The notes beneath the pieces were generated by a model. It was not told the DNA's origin, did not search any database, and saw only the letters and a list, made by a program, of their open reading frames with translations. Shown in pieces: positions 9,694 through 20,117 of a stretch of 35,122 nucleotides of DNA. Origin of the DNA: an uncultured bacterium (lineage in GTDB: Bacteria > Zixibacteria > MSB-5A5 > JAABVY01 > JAHJOQ01). The stretch lies in NCBI GenBank assembly GCA_965369655.1, contig CBDUQR010000032.1:1-35122 (forward strand), in the 5' to 3' direction. Each line of letters opens with the position of its first letter. The stretch's first letter is position 1. Both the position numbers and the translations under genes were made by a program.

Positions 9694-9740
9694 TGTTTTT
9701 TGTTGATACCTCCTGAGTTTCCCCGCTAAATGTCCTTACG

Positions 9741-10967
9741 ATGAGTGACGGGGAAATTGTATCCAGCCAGGAAAAACTCGAGGCGTATTCCGCTGCGTTC
9801 GAATCATTCAGCCAGACCATTGAACGGCTTGAGTCATCGTATGCGGATCTCGATGCCAGATTCAGCAGACTCAACGATCAGCTTCAGGAGACGAATCTCC
9901 GGCTCCAGCAGGCGCTGGCGGAGAAGGAGACTGCGCGATCTTTCTTAAACGACATCCTGTCGTCCGTATCATCCGGTATCCTGGTTTATGATTGCCGGGG
10001 ACTGATCAGCCACGCCAACTCGGCAGCCTGCCGGCTTCTCGGAATCGAAGAAAAAGATGCAATTGGAGCGGCTGTCAAAGCTCTCGTTGATGCCGACACG
10101 CGTCCGGACATTTCCGGCAGCATTACAATGGCGACAGGCGAGGAGTTCCACAGCGAAGAAAAGATGCTGACTCTTTCATCGGGCAGGGAGGTTCCACTCG
10201 CCGTGTCAACATCGCTGATGAAGGATAGTGATGGTGCGACTGCCGGGGCTGTTGAGGTCTTACATGATCTCACAAAAATTCGTTCGCTCGAGAATGAGAT
10301 ATCGCGTGTGAAAGCGCTTGCAGCGCTCGGTGAGATCGCTGCGACTGTCGCGCACGAAGTGCGCAACCCGCTCGGTGGCATCGCTGGTTTTGCGTCGTTG
10401 CTGCAGAGGGATCTGCCGGACGATCATCCCAGTCAAAGGCTGATCGACAAGATTATCACCGGCGTCGAGAATCTGAACCATTCGGTGACAAGTCTTCTTG
10501 CATTTGCGCGAGAGATCGATCTGTCGCCGCGTGATGTGGAACTTAGTGGGTTCTTCGGCGATGTCGTCAGTTACTTCAAGGCGGACATCAATCATGACGC
10601 GGACATATACTCTATCGATATAGATGTTCAGCCCGAAACGCTCAACTGGAGGCTTGACCCGAAGCAGTTTCGCCAGGCGATCGTGAATCTTCTGAGCAAC
10701 GCTATTCAGGCGATGCCGGAGGGCGGTTCGATCGATATCAATGCTCGCGGAGGCGACAGGCTGACGGTAACGATAACTGATTCAGGTTGCGGTATAGAAA
10801 AAGATCTCAGAGAGCGCATCTTCACGCCTTTCTTCACAACGAAGGATGGAGGCACGGGTCTGGGGCTGTCTACCGTGAAGAAGATAGTCGAAGCTCACAG
10901 GGGAGAGGTTGCGATAATCTCGACATCCGGAAAAGGGACCTGTTTCAAGCTTTCTTTTCCGAGATAA
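9741..10967 (+). CDS. Cytoplasmic PAS-domain sensor histidine kinase (FlgS/FleS/FlrB-like)
   Basis: N-terminal coiled coil, PAS, H-box AHEVRNPL, NLLSNA, DSGCG, FTPFFTTK, GTGLGL; no TM segment visible. Confidence 0.92.
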   Translation: MSDGEIVSSQEKLEAYSAAFESFSQTIERLESSYADLDARFSRLNDQLQETNLRLQQALAEKETARSFLNDILSSVSSGILVYDCRGLISHANSAACRLLGIEEKDAIGAAVKALVDADTRPDISGSITMATGEEFHSEEKMLTLSSGREVPLAVSTSLMKDSDGATAGAVEVLHDLTKIRSLENEISRVKALAALGEIAATVAHEVRNPLGGIAGFASLLQRDLPDDHPSQRLIDKIITGVENLNHSVTSLLAFAREIDLSPRDVELSGFFGDVVSYFKADINHDADIYSIDIDVQPETLNWRLDPKQFRQAIVNLLSNAIQAMPEGGSIDINARGGDRLTVTITDSGCGIEKDLRERIFTPFFTTKDGGTGLGLSTVKKIVEAHRGEVAIISTSGKGTCFKLSFPR

Positions 10968-11004
10968 TACTTTCGCGCAATGTCAATAAGTTTCGAGGTG
11001 AGCC

Positions 11005-12390
11005 ATGACTGAGAAAATACTGGTCGTTGATGATGACAAGCTCGTAAATGAGTTCGTCGAGGAAACTCTGACGCGTTCCGGTTTTGACGTCACCACTGCC
11101 ATGTCGGGAGAGGATGCTTTAGAACTGATGGAGATCGAAGATTTCGATCTGATACTTACCGACGTCAGAATGCCTCGTATGGATGGCATTCAATTGCTCA
11201 AACAGATCAGAAAGGACGCCCCATCCACGACTGTCATAATGATTACGGCTTACGGCACTGTCAAGAACGCGGTCGAGGCGATGAAGCTTGGAGCGTTCGA
11301 CTATGTTCTAAAGCCGTTTTCGCCTGATGAACTCGAAATCACGGTCAGGAAAGCGCTCGAATTTCACGAACTGAAGGCTGAGAATGTTCTTCTGCGAACC
11401 GAGATCGGACGCAGGTACAGTTTCGAGAATATCGTCGGCAAGAACAAGAACCTCACGGAGATATTTGATCTTGTGAAGGTCGCGGCGGACAGCAGAGCGA
11501 CAATACTGATCACGGGAGAGTCGGGCACGGGCAAGGAACTGTTTGCCAAGGCTGTCCACTACAACAGTCCTCGCAGGAATAAGTCCTTTATCCGCGTTAA
11601 TTGCGCGTCACTTCCGGCGAATCTCATCGAGAGTGAGCTTTTCGGACACGAGAGAGGCGCATTCACCGGTGCGATAAAGCAGACCAAGGGCCGGTTTGAA
11701 CTTGCAGATGGCGGCACTCTGTTGCTCGATGAAATATCGGAGCTTCCGCTGGGTCTTCAGTCGAAGCTTCTCAGAGTGCTGCAGGAGTATGAGTTCGAGC
11801 GTGTCGGCTCCGGTACACCTATCAAAGTTGATGTGCGCGTAATCGCAACCTCGAATCGCAATCTTCGAGCAGAGATCAGCGAGGGCAATTTTCGGGAGGA
11901 TCTGTATTACAGGATCAACGTTATACAGCTCGAACTCCCGCCGCTCCGTGCGAGAAGGGATGATATTCCCGAGCTCGTCGATTGCTTTGTCGACAAGTAC
12001 AACGAGGAAAACCGCAGGTCGATCAAGGGAGTGGACAAGCGGGCGCTGCGGCTGTTAATGGACTATCACTGGCCGGGCAATGTGCGCGAACTCGAGAATA
12101 TCATCCAGAGAGGGGTGGTGACCGGCAAGGGTGATATGCTGACCGAGAATGATCTCCCGGGTCACATCGTCCTCGGCGATACCATCGATACAGGCAGCCT
12201 CAGACTACCGATGCCGGTGTCGATAGCAGAACTCGAAAAGCATGCAATATTCGAAGCGCTCAAGTTCACAAGTGGTAACAGATCGAAAGCGGCTGATGTA
12301 CTCGGCATCACCTCTCGTACCCTTCGCAACAAACTCTCCGAGTACGGCGTGAAACGCAAGGTCGTGACTGTCGAGGAAGAGAGCGAGTGA
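11005..12390 (+). CDS. Sigma-54-dependent response regulator (REC-AAA+-Fis HTH; FlgR/FleR/FlrC-like)
   Basis: [46 protein letters not shown], and C-terminal [19 protein letters not shown]. Confidence 0.95.
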   Translation: MTEKILVVDDDKLVNEFVEETLTRSGFDVTTAMSGEDALELMEIEDFDLILTDVRMPRMDGIQLLKQIRKDAPSTTVIMITAYGTVKNAVEAMKLGAFDYVLKPFSPDELEITVRKALEFHELKAENVLLRTEIGRRYSFENIVGKNKNLTEIFDLVKVAADSRATILITGESGTGKELFAKAVHYNSPRRNKSFIRVNCASLPANLIESELFGHERGAFTGAIKQTKGRFELADGGTLLLDEISELPLGLQSKLLRVLQEYEFERVGSGTPIKVDVRVIATSNRNLRAEISEGNFREDLYYRINVIQLELPPLRARRDDIPELVDCFVDKYNEENRRSIKGVDKRALRLLMDYHWPGNVRELENIIQRGVVTGKGDMLTENDLPGHIVLGDTIDTGSLRLPMPVSIAELEKHAIFEALKFTSGNRSKAADVLGITSRTLRNKLSEYGVKRKVVTVEEESE

Positions 12391-12395
12391 TTCTG

Positions 12396-12422
12396 AGGCG
12401 ATTCCGGTTCACGGAATCGCTT
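12396..12422 (+). terminator. Stem-loop after the signalling cluster
   Basis: GCGATTCCG-gttca-CGGAATCGC, a 9-bp perfect stem; only a short T tail follows. Confidence 0.5.
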
Positions 12423-12449
12423 GCCCGCAGCTATCGAACAGGATATATT
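12421..12449 (+). promoter_or_regulatory. Sigma-70-like promoter of the small ORF
   Basis: TTGCCC-N17-TATATT, 31 nt before the ATG at 12481. Confidence 0.5.
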
Positions 12450-12480
12450 AATTTACAACTACAGAACGGCGGGAATATCG

Positions 12481-12666
12481 ATGAGTGGTCTGTTCTCTAT
12501 TGCCTGTCAGTTTCAGGATCAGTTGGAAGAGGACTACCGCGAGTTGCCGTGTCGGGATTTCGATCTCGATTGCTACGGTTTCGACGGCGTTATTCCATTC
12601 GGTGATTACAGGAAGTGTCAGGCGTATATGCCTGAGATGGGCAGGTGCATTTTTCTCCGCGAGTAG
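12481..12666 (+). CDS. Small Cys-rich hypothetical protein (61 aa)
   Basis: MSGLFSIACQ...GRCIFLRE with 5 Cys; GGCGGGA before the ATG; own promoter; ends 8 bp from the convergent gene. Confidence 0.55.
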   Translation: MSGLFSIACQFQDQLEEDYRELPCRDFDLDCYGFDGVIPFGDYRKCQAYMPEMGRCIFLRE

Positions 12667-12674
12667 ATGCGTGT

Positions 12675-14114
12675 TTAGAACTCGTTGAGCCGGCCTGATT
12701 TGATTCTGTCATCCCATTCAATATCGAACGTCTCACCCTCAGCGTCGGAGTGAGCCAGTCGATAATCGCCGTAGCCCGTTTCGTCCTCGAAGATAAAGAA
12801 TTTGGCGCCCTGTCGAAAGACGCTGTTGTAGTTCCATTTCTGAAACGGTTTCAGATCTTCGGTCGAAGGGAAGTTTTCCAATTCATCCGGTTCGCCGTAA
12901 ACGATGTAGACTCTTCCGCGATCGGTCTGCCAGCCGTCGTCCTTCTTGACTATGCTCACGGAGAAATGCTCGTTCGAGTAGTTGAATCTGCGAAAAAGCT
13001 CGACTTTGAACTCGTTGATCGGAGTAGTCGGATCGGGGTCGCTTCGAGCCCAGAAATCATCGAAAAACCTCTTCTTGCCTGCAGGATCGAGCTTCTTCAG
13101 CATTTTTTTCTGTTCATACGTGAGAGCGTATTTCACGACCTTTTCAAGATACTCGGCGTCCTCTTCGGTGAACTCAGTCACCGTTTGCTCGGGACTGATC
13201 TCCATTCTGCTGCTGAGCAACCAAAACGGCTTGGACGCGGTCGTGTTCAGACCGGTTGCGCCATCTGTCACATCGATTCTGAGGATATAGTTGCCGTCAG
13301 GCAGGTCGCTGATGTCGATAGCCGAGGAGACTATCGCTCGGTTGCCTGGCTTGACGTGTTTCCTCTTTCCGTAATCGGACACGACTTTACCGTAGGAGTC
13401 GAGCAGCCTGCAACCGACATGAAAGTACTTGCCATCATCCACACCCGGTTCGAGGTTGTAGACTTCGCTATAGAAGCAGAGAACGCTGTCTTCATCGACA
13501 AACATTCTCGATGGATTGGGAATGATGCGTCTGTTACTCTTGTCGATCGATCTGTAGTCGCGGCTGTCAGTCTCCAGTGGGAGGAGATTGATCTTGTACG
13601 AAAGCTCAACGCCGGACATTGAGAGTTGTCTGTCGTCGAAATTCGGCACAGTGATGCTGAGAGTCCTATTTCCCTGCTTCCCCGACAACGGAATATCGTC
13701 TGTCTGTGACTCGACGTCTCCAACCAGCAGTCTCGCGGTGTACTTGCCGGGAGTGAGAAGGGTTTCGATCTGATCTGCCAGCTTCATCTGGCGGTTGCTG
13801 ATCTCCTTTGGTTCGCGGACAAACGTGACGATCCGCTTGTAGAGAGTGTCAACAAGTTTTGAATCGCTGTCGAGGATCTCAATCCATATTCGGGCGGACG
13901 CCTCGTAGCCTGTATCGACAAACGCAAACGTCAGTTGATGCCTCTGGAGGGCATAGTAGAATTCTATGAGCGTGCTGTCTTCCGACAGAGTGTAGTCATA
14001 GCAGGCGTAGTCGAACCATGTCGCGATTTTCTCACCCTGGGCATGAGTCTGCTGGATGCTGCAGAGAGTAACTAAAATCAACAGTGCGAGTATTGCGATT
14101 GCGAGTTTTCTCAT
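12675..14114 (-). CDS. Secreted GWxTD-domain protein
   Basis: Signal peptide MRKLAIAILALLIL; FW...DPDPTTPINEF...GWQTDRGRVYIVYGEPD; RBS GGAGG. Confidence 0.9.
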   Translation of the reverse strand: MRKLAIAILALLILVTLCSIQQTHAQGEKIATWFDYACYDYTLSEDSTLIEFYYALQRHQLTFAFVDTGYEASARIWIEILDSDSKLVDTLYKRIVTFVREPKEISNRQMKLADQIETLLTPGKYTARLLVGDVESQTDDIPLSGKQGNRTLSITVPNFDDRQLSMSGVELSYKINLLPLETDSRDYRSIDKSNRRIIPNPSRMFVDEDSVLCFYSEVYNLEPGVDDGKYFHVGCRLLDSYGKVVSDYGKRKHVKPGNRAIVSSAIDISDLPDGNYILRIDVTDGATGLNTTASKPFWLLSSRMEISPEQTVTEFTEEDAEYLEKVVKYALTYEQKKMLKKLDPAGKKRFFDDFWARSDPDPTTPINEFKVELFRRFNYSNEHFSVSIVKKDDGWQTDRGRVYIVYGEPDELENFPSTEDLKPFQKWNYNSVFRQGAKFFIFEDETGYGDYRLAHSDAEGETFDIEWDDRIKSGRLNEF

Positions 14115-14129
14115 TCTGCCCTCCAACAA

Positions 14130-15467
14130 TTATTCAAAGTCGCTGAACTTTTCGTGAAGGCCGCCGTATTTGCCGTCGTACGGGAACTTCAGGTAGTAGT
14201 CACCGGTACTGTGCGAGTCCTCGAATACGAACGTCCTCGACAGGTTGTAGTAGTGCCACACCTGGTATGGAACCGTCGATAGTTCGAACGGATACCTCTC
14301 GACATGGTCTGGTTCACCGAAAATAACATATATCCGGCCTCTGTCAGTTTCCCATCCCTCCTGATTGACAACTGAGAAATAGACATTGGCATGCCTGATC
14401 CGACTGTAGTAGAGTTGCTGAGATTCATTCTCCGGCGTCTCGGGATACTTGTCGTGTCTCTTCCAGAATGCCTCAAATGCCTCGAACTGCTTGTCCGGCG
14501 GAGTTTCCATCAGTTCTTCAGTCTCGTCATTTGTGGCGATATACCTCAGTTGCTCTACAGCCGATTTGAAATCGTTACGCACGAGAGCTTTCAGAGACCA
14601 GGCAACCGTGAAAACGGTTTTTCTCTGAGCGAGTTTCTTGCCACCAGCGCTCTTAAGATGGAAAGTGAGTTCATACTCGCCGGGAACGAGCTCTTCCATC
14701 GGTATCTCTTTGATCAATCTCGTGACAGGTCCCGCGATCTCAAATGAGAACTTGTCCTTGTAGACTGTTTTTGATCTCTCATTGGTTATCTTGTACTCGA
14801 TCCCGACTTCCTTCGGCTTGTTGAGATCGTTGTAGATTTCTACGTAGAACGAGACTCTGTCGGCCTCGCCGCTGATGCCTTCGGAAACAAATGGGATTAT
14901 TTTCTGCTCTCCCTTGTCGAACCCGGATATGTTGGGACCGATCGGCTCGACTCTGCTTATCAGTTCGATATCCGAAATGTCGATTTCCTTCCTGAAAAGG
15001 TTTTTCACATGCAGGTCTTTCTCGATGGTAGAGACCTTCTCAGTCAATTTGTCGATCAACTTGCAGACGATTTTGTATCTGCCCTTAGGCACCTGTAGTT
15101 TGATCTGGTTGATCAGATAGCTCGCGCTGTTCGTCGTTTCACGGTAACTGTCCACCCTGTGCTTGCGCTCACGAGAGTAGCCGGTCACCTGGCTCCTGTC
15201 GGTGTCGAGCACGACCACATTGATGTCATACTCCGCCACGAACTCGTCGCCATGCTTGAAGTACTGCAGGCCGTTGTTGTATATCTTGTAGTAGACCTCG
15301 AGGCTGACTTCGTTTACGCTTGTGTCAGACCTGAAAGTGGCGAAATCGAATTCAAAGAGTGGTTCGTCCAGGGCTTTCTCGTTTATATAACCTGTCTGGC
15401 CGGACGCAGAGATTGCCGTCAGGCAGAGTATTATCAGGAACAGTGTTGAAGAGCGTATCCGGAACAT
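14130..15467 (-). CDS. Secreted GWxTD-domain protein
   Basis: Signal peptide; FWKRHD...ENE...GWETDRGRIYVIFGEPD; ATG at 15467 follows AGGAG (GTG at 15476 is an alternative start). Confidence 0.9.
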   Translation of the reverse strand: MFRIRSSTLFLIILCLTAISASGQTGYINEKALDEPLFEFDFATFRSDTSVNEVSLEVYYKIYNNGLQYFKHGDEFVAEYDINVVVLDTDRSQVTGYSRERKHRVDSYRETTNSASYLINQIKLQVPKGRYKIVCKLIDKLTEKVSTIEKDLHVKNLFRKEIDISDIELISRVEPIGPNISGFDKGEQKIIPFVSEGISGEADRVSFYVEIYNDLNKPKEVGIEYKITNERSKTVYKDKFSFEIAGPVTRLIKEIPMEELVPGEYELTFHLKSAGGKKLAQRKTVFTVAWSLKALVRNDFKSAVEQLRYIATNDETEELMETPPDKQFEAFEAFWKRHDKYPETPENESQQLYYSRIRHANVYFSVVNQEGWETDRGRIYVIFGEPDHVERYPFELSTVPYQVWHYYNLSRTFVFEDSHSTGDYYLKFPYDGKYGGLHEKFSDFE

Positions 15468-15604
15468 CGTTTTCACTCCTGCTAAGGCTTGCTCAACTAT
15501 CGTGCTCCCTTATTATACAACGAACACTGAACAAAATGTTTTAATGCAGGAGCACTGTCTACAGTAAATTGTTGGCTGCTGTACGATGCAAGGATAAAAT
15601 AGGG

Positions 15605-16846
15605 CTATTCGTATCTGAGTGAAACTACAGGATCGACTCGTGCAGCTCTGTAGGCTGGATAGACTCCGGATATCAATCCCACGCCGACCGAGACCGAAAA
15701 GCCGAGCATGATTCCGATCACAGGAATAGCAAAAGGCAGGCCTGTCGCCTGTGTTATCAGCAGGCTGATAGCCAGACCGAACAGAATTCCGACGAATCCG
15801 CCAGAACAGGAAAGAGTGACCGCTTCGACTAGGAACTGGAACAGAATATTCGCTTTCCTTGCTCCTATCGCCTTGCGGACGCCAATCTCGCGAGTTCTCT
15901 CGGTCACGGATACCAGCATTATGTTCAGGACGCCGACGCCGCCGACCATCAGGCCGATCGATGAGATCACGATCATCACGGTCACGATTGTGCCGGTGAT
16001 GTCTTCCCAGAGTTCGATGATGTTCTCCTGAGAGAATATGGCAAAGTTGTTTTCTTTGTCGTACGGTACGCCTCTGTGCAGTCTCAGCGCGTTGATGATT
16101 TCCTCCCGCGCCTGATTGAGGTGATCGGGGGATTTGGCGGAAACGGCAAGCCAGAGAGCCTTTTCCCACGGGTGAATCCGCATGAATGTCGTCAGGGGAA
16201 TTGCGATGTAATTATTCGGAGAGTCTGCGAACGACATCTCGAGTTTTTCCATGACGCCTACGACTTTGAATTTGATATTGTTGACTGTGATCGTTTTGCC
16301 GACAGGGTCAATGCCGGGGAAGAGGCCATCTGCGATATCCCAGCCGATTGCGCAAACTCTGGCGGCATGATGCGTCTCCATATCGGTGAAGAATCTGCCC
16401 TGTGCCGCGAATACATTGTTCACCTTCTCGTAGTCAGGAAGAGTACCAAAAACCCCCGGCCCTTCGACGACGCGATCCTTGTACTTCGCTACATTACCGC
16501 CTGACTTTCTGTAGTAGTTCTGCGGCGCAACGCCGTCGACCGACGGACAGCGTTCCTTTATTACCTCTGCATCTTCGGACGTGATCGGTTTACGTCGACG
16601 TTCCTCATCTGAGAGATTCGAGTAGTCGGTGTTAGGTGGGAAGCGAGAGACGAACAGAACATTGGAGCCGAGCTTCTCGATCGTCTCCTTGACCGAGCTG
16701 TCGACGCCATCTATGATTGCAATCATAGCTATCACCGACGCCACTCCGATCAGCACGCCGAGTATCGTCATGAACGATCTGAACTTGTTTGCCCAGATTG
16801 AATCGAGAGCGATACGAATTCCCTGTGCGCCTTCAACCAGAGTCAT
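15605..16846 (-). CDS. MacB/FtsX-family ABC transporter permease
   Basis: [17 protein letters not shown], periplasmic domain, [40 protein letters not shown]. Confidence 0.95.
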   Translation of the reverse strand: MTLVEGAQGIRIALDSIWANKFRSFMTILGVLIGVASVIAMIAIIDGVDSSVKETIEKLGSNVLFVSRFPPNTDYSNLSDEERRRKPITSEDAEVIKERCPSVDGVAPQNYYRKSGGNVAKYKDRVVEGPGVFGTLPDYEKVNNVFAAQGRFFTDMETHHAARVCAIGWDIADGLFPGIDPVGKTITVNNIKFKVVGVMEKLEMSFADSPNNYIAIPLTTFMRIHPWEKALWLAVSAKSPDHLNQAREEIINALRLHRGVPYDKENNFAIFSQENIIELWEDITGTIVTVMIVISSIGLMVGGVGVLNIMLVSVTERTREIGVRKAIGARKANILFQFLVEAVTLSCSGGFVGILFGLAISLLITQATGLPFAIPVIGIMLGFSVSVGVGLISGVYPAYRAARVDPVVSLRYE

Positions 16847-18063
16847 CACTCGTACCTCATGGCGTCAACAGGATCGAGCTTCGATCCCTTCATGGCGGGG
16901 TAGAGACCGAAAATAACGCCGATACCGGTCGACACGACAAGACCGCCGACTATTGCTACGGGTGAGATCACGAAAGGCAGTCCTCCGGCATCAGCCAAGA
17001 GCTTCGCTGAAACGAGTCCGAGTACGATCCCGATGAAACCTCCGGCAATCGACATCAGCAGGGCTTCGAGGACAAACTGGAGCAGGATCGATTTGCGCCT
17101 TGCTCCAAGTGACTTGCGAATGCCGATCTCGCGCGTCCTCTCGGTGACAGAGACCATCATGATGTTCATAACCACAATCCCGGCAACGACCAATGCGATT
17201 GCCGGAATCGCGATCGCGATTACTCTAACAGCCGATGTCACCTGATTGTACATGTCCATAATGGCATCCGAGGTTACGATGGCGAAATCATCTTCTTCAT
17301 TGTATGCAACATGGCGTCGGGCGCGTAGTATCATTCTGACCTCGTCGATTGTCTCCTGGATCGTCTCGGGTGATCCGGCCTTCACCATTATCTCAAGCGA
17401 CCTGCTGGTGCCGAAGTGCTTTCTCAAGGTGGTAAGCGGGACAATAACGAATTTGTCAAGATCCTCGCCTAAGATAGCGCCCCGGGGTTTGGCGATCCCG
17501 ACTACCGAGTACTTGTGCCCTCCGATTCTGATCTTCTTGCCGATGGCATTGCCGAGAGGAAAGAGCTGTTCGGCCACGGTTGCACCGAGAACCGAAACCT
17601 GACTTGAATGGTCTTCCTCGAATTCGGACAACGACCTGCCCTCGTTGATTTCGAATTCGGTTATGTCGGTGAAGTTTGCAGTTACCCCTGAAACATGCAT
17701 GCGATTCATTTTCTCGTTTCTGTACTTGACCTGCTCGCGCTTTCTGGCGCTTGCTCCAACTTCGTCACAGGATTGACAATCGTCCCTTATCGCTCTGAAG
17801 TCTGCCATGGTCAGGTCTTTACGCTTCAACGCTTCGAAGTACTGTTCATTTGATGTGATCATACCGAATTTGTCGACAGTGAATGTCGCCGGTCCCATCG
17901 TATCGATCAGTTCCGCCACACGGGAATTCATCCCCTCGATGATTGAAACAATGGCGATAACCGACGTCACTCCGATCAGGACGCCGAGGATAGTGAGCGA
18001 TGTCCTGAGCAGGTGCGCTCTGAGCGCCTGCGACGCCATGACTATGACATCCCAGAATCTCAT
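16846..18063 (-). CDS. MacB/FtsX-family ABC transporter permease (second paralog)
   Basis: [47 protein letters not shown]. Confidence 0.95.
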   Translation of the reverse strand: MRFWDVIVMASQALRAHLLRTSLTILGVLIGVTSVIAIVSIIEGMNSRVAELIDTMGPATFTVDKFGMITSNEQYFEALKRKDLTMADFRAIRDDCQSCDEVGASARKREQVKYRNEKMNRMHVSGVTANFTDITEFEINEGRSLSEFEEDHSSQVSVLGATVAEQLFPLGNAIGKKIRIGGHKYSVVGIAKPRGAILGEDLDKFVIVPLTTLRKHFGTSRSLEIMVKAGSPETIQETIDEVRMILRARRHVAYNEEDDFAIVTSDAIMDMYNQVTSAVRVIAIAIPAIALVVAGIVVMNIMMVSVTERTREIGIRKSLGARRKSILLQFVLEALLMSIAGGFIGIVLGLVSAKLLADAGGLPFVISPVAIVGGLVVSTGIGVIFGLYPAMKGSKLDPVDAMRYE

Positions 18064-18755
18064 GCGGTTGCAGGCTTGCTGCGCCTTTCCTCGCGTTCGA
18101 TTTTTCCGTCGAGAATGTGGATGACGCGTTCCGCATGTGCGGCGACATGCTGTTCGTGGGTAACCACTATGACCGTGTGCCCCTGCGCATGAAGCTCGCC
18201 GAAGAGTATCATGATCTCCTGGCCGGTGGCTGTGTCGAGATTTCCTGTTGGCTCATCCGCCAGCAGGATGGACGGCTTATTGACGAGCGCTCGTGCTACG
18301 GCGACGCGCTGTCTCTGGCCTCCCGACAGTTCGGTCGGCTTGTGGTACATCCTGTCACCTAAGTCCACCGACTCCATCGCCTCAATGGCGCGCTGCCTTC
18401 GTGTCGCAGAATCGGTTCCGCTGTAGATCAGCGGCAACTCGACATTGTGGAGGGCTGACGCGCGGGGGAGAAGATTGAATGTCTGAAATACGAAGCCAAT
18501 CTCTTTGTTCCTGATTCTCGCAAGTTCATCGTCGTTGAGATCGGAAATCAACTGATTGTTCAGCGCGTATGTTCCGCGAGTGGGCGTGTCGAGGCATCCG
18601 ATAAGGTTCATCAGCGTCGATTTGCCCGATCCTGACGGCCCCATGATCGCAAGATACTCGTTTTGCTCTATGTCGAGGTCGACCCCCTGCAGGGCATGGA
18701 GCTGTTCCGATCCCATGATGTATGTTTTCCAAAGGTCTCTTGTTTCAATCAACAT
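18060..18755 (-). CDS. ABC transporter ATP-binding protein (MacB/LolD/YknY type)
   Basis: Walker [43 protein letters not shown]. Confidence 0.96.
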   Translation of the reverse strand: MLIETRDLWKTYIMGSEQLHALQGVDLDIEQNEYLAIMGPSGSGKSTLMNLIGCLDTPTRGTYALNNQLISDLNDDELARIRNKEIGFVFQTFNLLPRASALHNVELPLIYSGTDSATRRQRAIEAMESVDLGDRMYHKPTELSGGQRQRVAVARALVNKPSILLADEPTGNLDTATGQEIMILFGELHAQGHTVIVVTHEQHVAAHAERVIHILDGKIEREERRSKPATA

Positions 18756-18772
18756 CTTTTGCAGCTTCCATC

Positions 18773-20098
18773 CTATTCTTCGTCTTCTATTGTTTTCTCG
18801 ATAGAGACTTTCTCGCCGTGTTTCAGCTTCCGTAGCATGCGATAGGGACCGACGACAATCTGTGCGCTGTCTTCAAGGCCCGCAGTCACCTCAATATCCT
18901 GCTGATCTGCAATCCCGGTCTCTACCTGCACGAACGATGCGACGCCATCTTGTATTATGAACACCCCCTCGTATTCTTCATCCTTGTCCTTTGAGGCGGC
19001 AGCGTCGGACTTGTCGGCTTCAGCAGCAATGACCCCCGAATCTCCCGGCTCTTGTTCGCTCGTGTCCTCGTCAGGCAGCTCGTCTCTCATGACGATCGCC
19101 TGAATCGGGACGTGGAGTACGTCGAAATGCTCGCTCGTCGTGATTTCGACTTCCGCCGTCATGCCCGGCTTGACATTTGCGAATGTTTCGGCGAACTGCA
19201 CTTTGACGATAAAATTCGTGACCTGATCCTGAGATGAAAAGCCGGATATTTTCGCAGAGTTACCAATTTCGGTGACATAACCCTCGAATGTAGTATCCGG
19301 AAATGCGTCGACTTTGATCGCAGTTTTCTGACCGAGTTCGACCACCGCAATGTCGGTCTCATCGACTTCGGCCTCGACCTCGATCACGCTCAGATCGGAG
19401 ACCGTCATGATGACCGTGCCCGGGTTGTTCATGGTGCCGACAAGAACGATCTCGCCGACTTCAGCGTTCAGGTCGGTGATTATGCCGTCTATCGGCGACG
19501 TCAGGATGGTTTTGTCGAGTTCGTCCTGAGCCTGTATGACGCTTGCCTCGTACTGCTGCACCTGGTACTGTGATGCTTCGTGTCTGGCCTGGGCTACTTC
19601 GTATGACGTCTGGATGGATATCTTCTGCTCTTCCGACAGCAGTCCTTTGTCGAAGAGTCGCTCGGCTCTTGCATAGGCGAGTTTTGCCTCGAGCATATTT
19701 GCTTCGTTCTGCTTCATGTTCGCCTTGCCGGAAGCGAGACTCGCCCGGGCCATCCGCACGGAGGCTTTGTAACGGGTCTGGTCAAGCTTCACCAGAAGAT
19801 CGCCGGCCTTCACAACTGAGCCTTCCTTGACCGGCAACTCAACGATGCTCGTCATCACCGAAGCTTGTATCTTGACTTCAGTCTTGGCCTGGACGCGTCC
19901 GGTCGCGGTCACCTGCGAGATTATGTCGCCTCTCGTCACGAAACCGGCCGTTATTTTCGAGGCGCTGTTGGATGACGATGCGAGATTCACAACGATGATA
20001 ATCAGTACAAGCAGGGCTGCCCCGATAATGATATAGAGCTTCTTCTTCGATTTCTTTTTCGGAGCGCCTGCGTTTGATTCGAGATTCTGTTCAGACAC
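18773..20098 (-). CDS. Periplasmic adaptor / membrane fusion protein (MacA/HlyD family)
   Basis: N-terminal TM anchor, [13 protein letters not shown] lipoyl half, alpha-hairpin, SPIDGII, VDETDI, PGMTA. Confidence 0.94.
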   Translation of the reverse strand: MSEQNLESNAGAPKKKSKKKLYIIIGAALLVLIIIVVNLASSSNSASKITAGFVTRGDIISQVTATGRVQAKTEVKIQASVMTSIVELPVKEGSVVKAGDLLVKLDQTRYKASVRMARASLASGKANMKQNEANMLEAKLAYARAERLFDKGLLSEEQKISIQTSYEVAQARHEASQYQVQQYEASVIQAQDELDKTILTSPIDGIITDLNAEVGEIVLVGTMNNPGTVIMTVSDLSVIEVEAEVDETDIAVVELGQKTAIKVDAFPDTTFEGYVTEIGNSAKISGFSSQDQVTNFIVKVQFAETFANVKPGMTAEVEITTSEHFDVLHVPIQAIVMRDELPDEDTSEQEPGDSGVIAAEADKSDAAASKDKDEEYEGVFIIQDGVASFVQVETGIADQQDIEVTAGLEDSAQIVVGPYRMLRKLKHGEKVSIEKTIEDEE

Positions 20099-20117
20099 TT
20101 GAGGTCACCTACTTTCG

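Noticed and set aside
12750-13622. 290-aa plus-strand ORF
   Set aside because: Entirely antisense to the GWxTD gene, with no recognisable domain.
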